NCBI RefSeq assembly: GCF_000341395.1
Contig: NC_020304.1
Coordinates: 2,220,001-2,252,000, forward strand
From: Desulfocapsa sulfexigens DSM 10523
GTDB taxonomy: Bacteria > Desulfobacterota > Desulfobulbia > Desulfobulbales > Desulfocapsaceae
DNA length: 32,000 nucleotides
Direction of reading: 5' to 3'
How positions within the stretch are numbered: the stretch's first letter is position 1; each line of letters opens with the position of its first letter. The translations under genes were made by a program, and so were the position numbers. Below the pieces are notes generated by a model. That model was given only the letters and a program-made list of their open reading frames with translations, did not search any database and was not told the origin of the DNA. Positions 8,829 to 17,193 of this stretch are shown piece after piece.

Positions 8829-9659
8829 ATGAATCCCCATGCCCAATATCCTACCTCATTGGCAGCAATGTGGCGCTCTGTGTATTCTAATCGAAGCTTG
8901 GTCCGGCAATTGATTGGGCGAGAAATAGCAGGACGATATCGTGGATCGGTTCTGGGTATAGCCTGGTCTTTTTTTCAGCCCTTGCTGATGCTGGCTGTGT
9001 ATACCTTTGTTTTTTCCATGGTATTACAAACGACCTGGAGAGGAGAAGTGGGTGATGGAAAGGTAAATTTTGCAATCATTCTTTTTTCAGGATTGATAGT
9101 GTATGGTCTTTTTGCTGAGTGCATCAATCGAGCGCCAACCCTCATTCTTTCCAATGTTAACTTGGTGAAACGAGTTGTTTTTCCGTTGGAAGTTCTTCCG
9201 GTGGTGATGCTTGGAGTAGCAATTTTCAATCTAATAGTTGGGCTTCTTATTCTCTTTGGAGCAATACTGCTTTTCGGTCTGGATTTTCATGGGAGCTCTC
9301 TCTATCTCCCCCTTGTACTTTCGCCTCTTCTTCTGATGACTTTGGGCCTCTCCTTGCTTCTGGCTGCGGCAGGCGTCTACTTGAGGGACTTGGGACACGT
9401 CGTGGTGGTTGTGACAACCATCCTTCTTTTTCTTTCCCCGGTTTTTTATTCAATATCTGCCGTACCTGAGAAAATACGATTTGTGATCTACTTAAACCCC
9501 CTGACGTTTATCATTGAACAGGTTCGAGCTGTGCTCATCTGGGGCAGGACACCCGACTGGCTTTGGTTGACGGTCTATGGCGGATGCAGCCTGCTTGTCG
9601 CCTGGCTGGGGTTCTCGCTGTTTCAGTGGACACGAAAGGGGTTTTCAGATGTCCTCTAG
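8829..9659 (+). CDS. wzm: ABC-2 type polysaccharide export permease (Wzm/KpsM/TagG family)
   Basis: REIAGRYRGSVLGIAWSFFQPLLMLAVYTFVF, RVVFPLEVLP and a YLNPLT motif. About 6 TM segments. GAGGAG RBS upstream of the ATG. Confidence 0.9.
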   Translation: MNPHAQYPTSLAAMWRSVYSNRSLVRQLIGREIAGRYRGSVLGIAWSFFQPLLMLAVYTFVFSMVLQTTWRGEVGDGKVNFAIILFSGLIVYGLFAECINRAPTLILSNVNLVKRVVFPLEVLPVVMLGVAIFNLIVGLLILFGAILLFGLDFHGSSLYLPLVLSPLLLMTLGLSLLLAAAGVYLRDLGHVVVVVTTILLFLSPVFYSISAVPEKIRFVIYLNPLTFIIEQVRAVLIWGRTPDWLWLTVYGGCSLLVAWLGFSLFQWTRKGFSDVL

Positions 9660-11028
9660 TTCTTCATCTCTGATAGTAGCGCTGGTCAGTAAGTCGTATC
9701 ATATTTATAAAAAGCCTGTAGATCGCCTGAAACAGCTACTACTCTCTCCCCTGTACGAAGTTTGTCTTAAAAGACGAGTAAAGCAGTATTTTACAGAGTT
9801 TCATGCGCTGAGTGATGTCTCTTTTAAGGCTGCTCGAGGTGAAACCATCGGTATCATCGGGGCTAACGGAGCCGGGAAATCTACTTTACTCCAAATCATT
9901 TCAGGAACCCTGTCGCCAACCTCTGGAACTGTTGAGGTGAATGGTCGAGTTGCAGCGCTTCTGGAACTCGGTTCGAGTTTTGATCCAGAGTTTACCGGTA
10001 TTGAAAATGTCTATCTTTATGGAGCCATACTGGGGCTGGATAGAAGAGAAATGACAAAGCGTCTGGATAAAATATGCAAATACGCAGATATTGGTGAGTA
10101 TTTTCACCAGCCGGTGAAAATGTATTCCAGCGGTATGGTTATGCGTTTAGCCTTTGCTGTTATTGTCCATGTTGATGCAGATATTCTTATTATTGATGAG
10201 GCTCTGACGGTTGGCGATGCATTCTTTGTCCAGAAGTGCATGCGGTTTTTGCGGGATTTTAGAAAAAACGGAACCGTGCTCTTTGTCAGTCACGATGCGG
10301 CTGCGGTGGTGAGTCTCTGCTCTCATGTCATATGGTTACAGGATGGAAGAATAAAAATGCAGGGCAGTCCAAAACTTGTATCTGAGGCATACCTGGAAAT
10401 GCAGGTGATGAAGTCCCAAAATATTTCCGAAGAGCAAATGAACCGTCAACCATCTCTTGGAGACAGAACTTCGGAAAGTCAAAAACAGCAAGAGCAGGCA
10501 AGGGACATGCGTCTGGACTTTATCAATAGAAGCAATTTAAGAAATGATATAGAATTGTTTCAATTTCAGCCGGATTCTCTTTCTTTTGGTCAACGAATGG
10601 CCAGTATTGTGAATGTTAGCATGACAGATGAAGCAGGCTGTGTGCTACGCTGGGTCGTGGGAGGGGAAAAAGTGAAGCTTTGCATTGGATGTGAGGCGCA
10701 TGAAATACTTAAGAATCCAATTGTCGGTTTTTATGTGAAGGATCGTTTAGGACAGTATCTCTTTGGGGATAATACGTTTTTGACCTATGAAGACAAGGCC
10801 TTGGAAATAGCAGCTGGAGAGTCTTTTTACGCCCGCTTTAGCTTTCGTATGCCTCTGCTGCCAGTCGGAGAGTACAGCATTTCACCTGCAATTGCCGTGG
10901 GGACACAGGATGAACACCTGACTCAGCATTGGCTCCATGATGCACTTGTGTTCAAGTCTCATGCCAGTTCAGTGGTGAACAGCCTGGTTGGTATTCCCAT
11001 GACCTCAATAGAAATCATTGTGCAGTGA
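9649..11028 (+). CDS. wzt: Polysaccharide export ABC ATPase with a C-terminal glycan-binding domain (Wzt with Wzt_C-like domain)
   Basis: Walker A GANGAGKST, signature YSSGMVMRLAFA and Walker B ILIIDEAL. The C-terminal IVGFYVKDRLGQYLFGDNT...PLLPVGEYSISPAIA is typical of Wzt carbohydrate-binding modules. I chose the ATG at 9649, which overlaps the wzm stop by 11 nt, over the track start at 9577. Confidence 0.9.
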   Translation: MSSSSSSLIVALVSKSYHIYKKPVDRLKQLLLSPLYEVCLKRRVKQYFTEFHALSDVSFKAARGETIGIIGANGAGKSTLLQIISGTLSPTSGTVEVNGRVAALLELGSSFDPEFTGIENVYLYGAILGLDRREMTKRLDKICKYADIGEYFHQPVKMYSSGMVMRLAFAVIVHVDADILIIDEALTVGDAFFVQKCMRFLRDFRKNGTVLFVSHDAAAVVSLCSHVIWLQDGRIKMQGSPKLVSEAYLEMQVMKSQNISEEQMNRQPSLGDRTSESQKQQEQARDMRLDFINRSNLRNDIELFQFQPDSLSFGQRMASIVNVSMTDEAGCVLRWVVGGEKVKLCIGCEAHEILKNPIVGFYVKDRLGQYLFGDNTFLTYEDKALEIAAGESFYARFSFRMPLLPVGEYSISPAIAVGTQDEHLTQHWLHDALVFKSHASSVVNSLVGIPMTSIEIIVQ

Positions 11029-12853
11029 TATTTCTTTCCCATATCTCATTACCATCTATATTGACCAGTGGATGATAATTTTCTGAAACATAGTTAAACA
11101 GAAGTGGCAGCCGTTCTTCATTGGTTATTTCGTCTATGTTGTTAGCCCAGTGTCGGTTTCTATAGAGAATAAACCGTATGTTCTGCCGACCTATACTTTC
11201 TATGAAAATTTTCTGGTTTTTTTGTGACAAGGCAAACCACACCAGAGGAAATCGGGTTGGACAGGCCTGGTCAATAAAATAGTACCATGACGCTTCATTG
11301 GTCAGTGTTATGAATTTTTCATCGCCTGTAAGATTTGTTGTGAGAAAGGAGATGGTGCTCTTATATTCGGGAGGGATGAATTCACTGTCTTTCGTATAAA
11401 TAGGAAAGTTATCGGTGATACTTTTGATGGAAGAGATGTTGATCAAGGTACTTATGGAGTAAAGTCCTGCTGTCAATATAATTAATAGTGTGATGCGCTT
11501 ATACCATAGTGCATTGATATGCCGGTCAATATAGTAGTGTATTGCTATATAGAGAAAGGCAAGGATTGGAAAAAGTGAGCTGTATGCAAGGTGTTCGTCA
11601 TCCGATCGGCCAAGAGCATTTCTAAAGCAGAAAACAGCGACAAGAAAAAGGACAATTGCGTTGAAATATTTCCTCCAAAAGACAAGAAAGTGTAGGACGT
11701 ACTGTTTTTTTGTCACAAGAGTGCAGAGAAGGCGGGTGGCCAGCCAGTAACAGATGCTGCTGAGTAAGAGGAGTATGGTCAAATAACGGGGAGTAAATAC
11801 CGGAAAAAGAAGCCCGTCGGCAAACTCTTTTGTCTTTGGAATATGAACAAAAACAAATTGCACAAAATCGCTGACAGCACCCTGGAGTAATATGGTTAGC
11901 GAGAGCATTCCGACCAGCACTCCAAGAAATGAATAGCGGACAAAAAGACTTCTCCAGGGAGTTTTTCTAAAGAAACCCAAAAAGAGGACGGGGCAAAGCA
12001 GGATGTAGAGTGCAGTTATATAAAAGGCTCTATCAATTGTAATACCAAAGCTTACAATAGGCATGTAGGCAAGTAAAAAACTCAGGATGGATATGGTGAG
12101 GTAGGAGTATCTTTTTGGCGGTAAGCCCGGGACAGCAGTGAGAAGTATCAAGTAGGAAAAGCTGATAAGGTCTCTTGGCAGGACTATAAATGTTTCTTTT
12201 GGAATGACCAGGAACATGATAAAAAACGTCAGAAGTGCCCATGTCCCATTGTTGTTGAAGAGGCGGAGAATGAGTAAGCCTAAACATACAAAAGAGAGCA
12301 CTTTGATAAGAGAGGTCAGTGCCCTGGTAGCACCTATGGATTTCCCGAAAAGTTCCATGGCAATGATAGAGCGAAGGGGATCATGAAACACACCATGGGA
12401 AAAGAGCACATCTCTATAGGGAACCTTGCCCTCTTGTAGAGACATGGCGGCTCCCAGAGTCTCTCCTTCGTGGAAGGTGTCAAAGGTTCCACTTGCGTGG
12501 TAAGTTGGAGTGGCCAGGGAAAGCAGGAGGCTCGTAATGACTATAAACCAGGGGAGGTGTTTTGTTTGCTGTCGTTTGGTCAGGCTACTTCTTGTCCGGA
12601 AGGTATTTTCTTTTCTGATCAGGAATGAGCTGATGAATACTAGCACTGGTGGGAAGGCCATAAAGAGGGCAAAACGCAAGATGTCATTGTTAGGATTCAA
12701 GCCTGCCAGACTGAGAGGGCCAATGATATTGTCGGGGTTGTGGAAGGGGAGAAGAATTTTATTCCATAGATAGAGTCCAAATCCTGTACTCAAAACAAAG
12801 AGAGTGAAGAAGTAGAGAACTCTAAAACAACAGTTGTTTTTATTTGGCATCAT
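11015..12853 (-). CDS. 612-aa polytopic membrane protein with a ~150-aa C-terminal soluble domain. Possibly a GT-C-type glycosyltransferase or polymerase; function unknown.
   Basis: More than 12 hydrophobic segments. An acidic motif FDTFHEGETLG sits in an early loop. I recognise no family signature. Confidence 0.55.
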   Translation of the reverse strand: MMPNKNNCCFRVLYFFTLFVLSTGFGLYLWNKILLPFHNPDNIIGPLSLAGLNPNNDILRFALFMAFPPVLVFISSFLIRKENTFRTRSSLTKRQQTKHLPWFIVITSLLLSLATPTYHASGTFDTFHEGETLGAAMSLQEGKVPYRDVLFSHGVFHDPLRSIIAMELFGKSIGATRALTSLIKVLSFVCLGLLILRLFNNNGTWALLTFFIMFLVIPKETFIVLPRDLISFSYLILLTAVPGLPPKRYSYLTISILSFLLAYMPIVSFGITIDRAFYITALYILLCPVLFLGFFRKTPWRSLFVRYSFLGVLVGMLSLTILLQGAVSDFVQFVFVHIPKTKEFADGLLFPVFTPRYLTILLLLSSICYWLATRLLCTLVTKKQYVLHFLVFWRKYFNAIVLFLVAVFCFRNALGRSDDEHLAYSSLFPILAFLYIAIHYYIDRHINALWYKRITLLIILTAGLYSISTLINISSIKSITDNFPIYTKDSEFIPPEYKSTISFLTTNLTGDEKFITLTNEASWYYFIDQACPTRFPLVWFALSQKNQKIFIESIGRQNIRFILYRNRHWANNIDEITNEERLPLLFNYVSENYHPLVNIDGNEIWERNITAQ

Positions 12854-12925
12854 ATCGTAGGGCTATGGTTCTTCCTGTGAAGGTGGCTTTGACTAATAAT
12901 AAACGATTTTCCTGTAGATACCACC

Positions 12926-14053
12926 ATGAAACGTATTCTTTTTATTTCATCTAATATCCATACTCCATGGGGAGGAAGTGAACTTCTCTGGTACAAGACC
13001 GCAGTTTTTCTTGCATCACAGGAACCAGATGTTGAGGTTGTTGTGGTTGCAAGGAAATGGCCTCATATTCCACCCCATATCCAGGAAATTGCAGACGCCG
13101 GTGGCCGTATTTGTGATTTGCCTCTTCCTCCAACGACATCCATGGAATATTTGAAGGGGAAATTCCGACCATCGATTGAGATGCAAAAGAAAATGCTGTT
13201 ACAAAAGATTTCACCGGATCTTCTCTTGCACTCCATGGGAAAGAGTTTTGAGGGGGGGGACTGGATGCAGAGCGCCCATGAACTGTCCGTTCCCTATGTC
13301 AACCTTGTTCATCTTGCTTCTGATCTACAGTGGCCTGATGATGGTGAAGTGGATCTGTATCGAAAGGGGTATGACCAAGCTCGTGTGAATTTTTTTGTTT
13401 CGGAAGGAAACAGAGGGATTGTTTGCAAGCAGCTAGGGATGAATATTGTAAATTCTGCCATCGTCAGAAATCCGATTTCCGTAGCAAGAGAGATCCTCTC
13501 CTATCCAGAAACGAAACAGGGATACAATCTGGCGTTACCGGCGACGCTGGTCCCAATCCATAAGGGGCATGATATCTTGTTTGAGGTTCTTGCGCAGTCA
13601 AAATGGAAGCAGCGTCCACTTCATCTGAATCTCTATGGAACTGGGAATTATAGCAAGTCATTACAGTACTATAGTCAGTATCTGGGCTTGAAGAATATCC
13701 ACTTCAGGGGCTATTCAAAAAATATTGCAGAAGTATGGGCGAAAAATCATCTCCTGGTGATGAGTTCGAGGATGGAAGGCTTACCGTTAACACTTATAGA
13801 GGCAATGTCCTGTGGTCGATTGGCTGTTGTGACAGGGGTGGCAGGGAAGGAGTGTGTTCAGGATGGTGAAACTGGCTTTGTTGCAAAGGCTGCTCATCCC
13901 GAGTTTATAGATGAAGCTCTGGAGAGGGCCTGGCAGAAGAGGGCGCAGTGGCAGGAAATGGGAAGCCTTGCTGCCGAGCGAGTGCGAGAGCTTATACCCT
14001 TTGATCCCGTCGAGGCATTTGCTCATACCTTGTTGCAACTTGTGCAGGACTGA
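12926..14053 (+). CDS. Glycosyltransferase family 4 (GT-B, retaining type)
   Basis: SSRMEGLPLTLIEAMSCGRLAVVTGVAGKECVQDGETGFV (E-x7-E region). Confidence 0.85.
   Translation: MKRILFISSNIHTPWGGSELLWYKTAVFLASQEPDVEVVVVARKWPHIPPHIQEIADAGGRICDLPLPPTTSMEYLKGKFRPSIEMQKKMLLQKISPDLLLHSMGKSFEGGDWMQSAHELSVPYVNLVHLASDLQWPDDGEVDLYRKGYDQARVNFFVSEGNRGIVCKQLGMNIVNSAIVRNPISVAREILSYPETKQGYNLALPATLVPIHKGHDILFEVLAQSKWKQRPLHLNLYGTGNYSKSLQYYSQYLGLKNIHFRGYSKNIAEVWAKNHLLVMSSRMEGLPLTLIEAMSCGRLAVVTGVAGKECVQDGETGFVAKAAHPEFIDEALERAWQKRAQWQEMGSLAAERVRELIPFDPVEAFAHTLLQLVQD
13252..13259 (+). repeat. G8 homopolymer inside the GT4 coding sequence
   Basis: Read directly: gaG GGG GGG Gac encoding E-G-G-D. It is the longest G/C run I found in the window; the others are 6 or shorter. 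Confidence 0.95.
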
Positions 14054-14099
14054 CTTTAGTCCTCCTTTTTCTTATGGTTTATTTGGCAACAGTGGACTG

Positions 14100-15695
14100 T
14101 TATTTTCTCTTATCCTGTTCAGCCAGTAGACAGTGAATATCGTGTCGAATTGTTTTGCTCATCTGTAGATACGAATCACCGCTGATGCAATGAACAATAT
14201 ATTTTTTTAGACGGCTTGGGTTCTGTTTTTGCATGCCTTTTAATTGCTTCCAAAATTGTACCCTGTGGGGCGCTATGACACCATGTAACCATGCATGATG
14301 AAAAAATGTGACAAGCTCACAGAGCTGTCTTTTCAGAGGAGGGCTTGTTGTCTTTGCAGGATTGTCTTCATGAGGGGTACCGTTCTTTGCAGCTATGGCT
14401 TTACGAGTTGGACGTATACCAAGACAGAATTTGTAGGTCCTCTCCAAAAAACGGGAAGGGTTGTAGAGGTATTCCCACATTTCAATAAATTCCTCCATTA
14501 TCTCCTCTAATGGTCTGCTTGGGATAAAGTTGGGTAGATTAAAATATGTTTCACTTGTATTTAATGCGATGAGTTTGTCGAATAAACGATCTTCTTTTTG
14601 CAATCGCTCCTCGAGTCTAGTACCTGGGGGAGCGCTGAGAATGTTGGGCATAATGATCGGGATGCTGGTTTGATCAACAAAATCACAGATCCGTTTCCCC
14701 GCTCCTTTTTTTTCGTTGTCAAATCCAATGATAAAGCTACCAATGATTGAAAGTCCGTTTCGTTTAATATTTTCGATGGATTCCACAAGTGGATTGATGA
14801 CATTTTGATGCTTTTCATTTGCCGTCAGTATATCCTCGTCTGGAGATTCAATTCCGATAAATATATCCCCAAAGTTTGCAGCGGTCAGCAGGTCTATCAT
14901 CTCCATGTCTTGTCCCAGGTTTACAGATGCCTGGGTTGTGAAACCAAAGGGCTGGTGGCGTTTTCTGTTCCATTTGATCAGTTCCTGGCAGATGGCCTTT
15001 GCATTCTTTTTGTTGGCGATAAAATTATCATCTGCAATTGTAATATGACCCCTGGCTCCAAGTTGATACAGGTATTCCAGTTCTGCGATAACTTGATCAG
15101 GACTTTTAAAACGGGGCTGCTTGCCGTATAAACCTGCAATGTCACAGAATTCACAACTGAATGGACACCCTCTGGTTGTCTGTATTAAGAAATGGTAGTA
15201 GTCGTCAAGATTGATGAGGTCATAACGAGGCAGGGGGGTGTTGTTTAAGTCAGGCTTTTCGTTGTTGCGAATGACTTGACCACTTTTTCTGGATTGGATG
15301 GCATCAACCAGGGAAGTGATGTTGTTTTCTGCTTCTCCACAGACCACGATATCACAACCAATTGTAATGAGTTCATCAGCCATGAGTGTCGGGTAGGGGC
15401 CTCCCGCGACGGTGACTTTTGCTCTTTTTTTTGCTTCTTCAATTAGGGGCTGGAAACTTTTTCTCTGCACTATCATGCCTGATATCATGATTATGTCAGC
15501 CCATTGCCACTCTTTTTCAGTTACTTCTCTGACATTTAAATCAACAAACTTGATATCCCATTCTTTTGGTAAAAGTGCGGCAACTGTGATTGGTCCGAGA
15601 GGAGCATATAAGGCCTTTGCTGTAGAAAATCGTATTGCTTGAGGAAAACTCCAGAAAGAAAATGGTAATTCTGGGTATATGAGTAAGATATTCAT
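14100..15695 (-). CDS. B12-binding-domain radical SAM enzyme (class B type) with a long C-terminal extension
   Basis: N-terminal Rossmann-like MNILLIYPE...ADIIMISGM...VTVAGGPYPT. Radical SAM cluster motif TTRGCPFSCEFCDI (CxxxCxxC). The ~150-aa helical C-terminal tail looks like the type often labelled DUF4070; this is from memory and unverified. Confidence 0.9.
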   Translation of the reverse strand: MNILLIYPELPFSFWSFPQAIRFSTAKALYAPLGPITVAALLPKEWDIKFVDLNVREVTEKEWQWADIIMISGMIVQRKSFQPLIEEAKKRAKVTVAGGPYPTLMADELITIGCDIVVCGEAENNITSLVDAIQSRKSGQVIRNNEKPDLNNTPLPRYDLINLDDYYHFLIQTTRGCPFSCEFCDIAGLYGKQPRFKSPDQVIAELEYLYQLGARGHITIADDNFIANKKNAKAICQELIKWNRKRHQPFGFTTQASVNLGQDMEMIDLLTAANFGDIFIGIESPDEDILTANEKHQNVINPLVESIENIKRNGLSIIGSFIIGFDNEKKGAGKRICDFVDQTSIPIIMPNILSAPPGTRLEERLQKEDRLFDKLIALNTSETYFNLPNFIPSRPLEEIMEEFIEMWEYLYNPSRFLERTYKFCLGIRPTRKAIAAKNGTPHEDNPAKTTSPPLKRQLCELVTFFHHAWLHGVIAPHRVQFWKQLKGMQKQNPSRLKKYIVHCISGDSYLQMSKTIRHDIHCLLAEQDKRK

Positions 15696-15916
15696 GGGGA
15701 AACTCCTGATTGAATCACTAGAGATTGGCTTATTAGCTCCCTGGGCAAGTTGAGTCTTTACAGATTACAAACATACTATATACTATATATTATGACATTT
15801 TTTTGGATCAATGAATTTTTCAAAGGTGTAGTAAGCTGATATAAATAATATTCAATACTGTGTGAACATACACCTGACTGTGAAGTAGTTGTTATATGTA
15901 ATGTATCATACATTCT
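15696..15916. promoter_or_regulatory. AT-rich divergent intergenic region between the radical SAM gene (minus) and the GT4 genes (plus)
   Basis: 221 bp between divergent starts. It contains a tandem ACTATAT ACTATAT followed by ATTATGAC (several -10-like hexamers) near 15775-15795. Confidence 0.35.
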
Positions 15917-17164
15917 TTGGAGTTTCTGTTTTTGTCTGATAAAAAGTTGCCAAATACCGCTTATATTCTACTCTGGTTTCCTAAGCCATCTGAAACATTT
16001 GTTTTCAGTGAGGTGGAAAATTTATTAAAACTTGGGTTGCCAGTGTCTGTCTACACTTTGTATGGGAGATTAGAAAAAGACCTGTCTTCTGATATGCAAT
16101 CGTATCAAGGAAAAATCCTCAGGTTGGGTGTATGGTGGGGAATTGCTCTGCCGATATTCATTTTTTATTGGTTTTTGAGATCTCCCGTTAAGACGACCAT
16201 GCTTATTGTTCGGATTGTATTAAGAAGATGGAAAGGAGTAGAGAAAACAGCAGAGAATGTATGGGCATGTTTCTGTGCCTTCTATCTGGCATATCGTTTT
16301 GAAAAAGATCAGATCAAACATATTCATGCTCCCTGGGCCTGTGGCTGTGCGACGGCTGCCTGGCTTGCTTCCCGATTAACGGGTATTCCCTTCAGTTTTG
16401 CCATGCATGCCTGGGATATCTATCCCCCTGACAGCCTGATCCAAGAAAAAACAAGGGATGCTTTGTTTGTTAGGAGTGTGACGCAATATAATATTGAATA
16501 TTTACGAAAACTTACTGCTTGCTCTGAAGATAAGTTTCACCTTATTTACATTGGTGTTCCCATGAGTCAGGTAAAAGCAAGACATGTTTCCATGGAACCG
16601 CCATATCAATTGTTAGCCGTTGGACGTTTGGTTGGTAAAAAAGGCTATGAATTTCTTTTACGTGCCTGCGGAGTATTGAAGGCCAATGCGATAGATTTCC
16701 ACTTGAATATTGTCGGTGATGGTTTGTATCTTAACCAATTGCAACGACTCTGTGCATCGCTCGAACTAGAATCTGTTGTGACGTTTCATGGGTTTCAACC
16801 CTATGAAAAAATGCCAACTTTTTTTCAGGAAGCGGACATTTTCATAATGCCGTGTGTTGTCCATTCTTCCGGGGACCGTGATGGTATCCCAACTGTTTTG
16901 ATGGAGGCTCTTCTTCATTATGTTCCGGTTATCACTACTTCGGTTTCCGGGATCCCTGAACTCATTGAAGACGGTGTCTCAGGTGTGCTTGTGCCGGAAA
17001 AAGATCCCAATGCAATAGTCGACGCCGTAACCCTGCTTATAACAGAAAAACAAAAAGCGTGGGATATGGCGGACAGGGGAAACCGGAAAGTGTTGGAATT
17101 GTTCAATGCAGAGAAAAACCATAAAAAAATACTTGATCTTTACAATTCCTACCTGTTGAACTAA
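15917..17164 (+). CDS. Glycosyltransferase family 4, WcaL-like
   Basis: The N-terminal FPKPSETFVFSEVENLLKLG matches the F-P-x-x-SETF-x-x-x-E signature of WcaL-type GT4 enzymes. C-terminal GDRDGIPTVLMEALLHYVPVITTSVSGIPELIEDGVSGVLV. The start is a TTG, so it is uncertain. Confidence 0.8.
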   Translation: MEFLFLSDKKLPNTAYILLWFPKPSETFVFSEVENLLKLGLPVSVYTLYGRLEKDLSSDMQSYQGKILRLGVWWGIALPIFIFYWFLRSPVKTTMLIVRIVLRRWKGVEKTAENVWACFCAFYLAYRFEKDQIKHIHAPWACGCATAAWLASRLTGIPFSFAMHAWDIYPPDSLIQEKTRDALFVRSVTQYNIEYLRKLTACSEDKFHLIYIGVPMSQVKARHVSMEPPYQLLAVGRLVGKKGYEFLLRACGVLKANAIDFHLNIVGDGLYLNQLQRLCASLELESVVTFHGFQPYEKMPTFFQEADIFIMPCVVHSSGDRDGIPTVLMEALLHYVPVITTSVSGIPELIEDGVSGVLVPEKDPNAIVDAVTLLITEKQKAWDMADRGNRKVLELFNAEKNHKKILDLYNSYLLN

Positions 17165-17193
17165 CAGATTGTTAAGGATGTTTGTCTTTTCAC

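Noticed and set aside
9577-9648. The track start at 9577 for the Wzt ORF (N-terminal MADAACLSPGWGSRCF...)
   Set aside because: This extension lies wholly inside the wzm coding sequence in another frame. The ATG at 9649 gives a typical Wzt N-terminus and a typical short overlap with the wzm stop.
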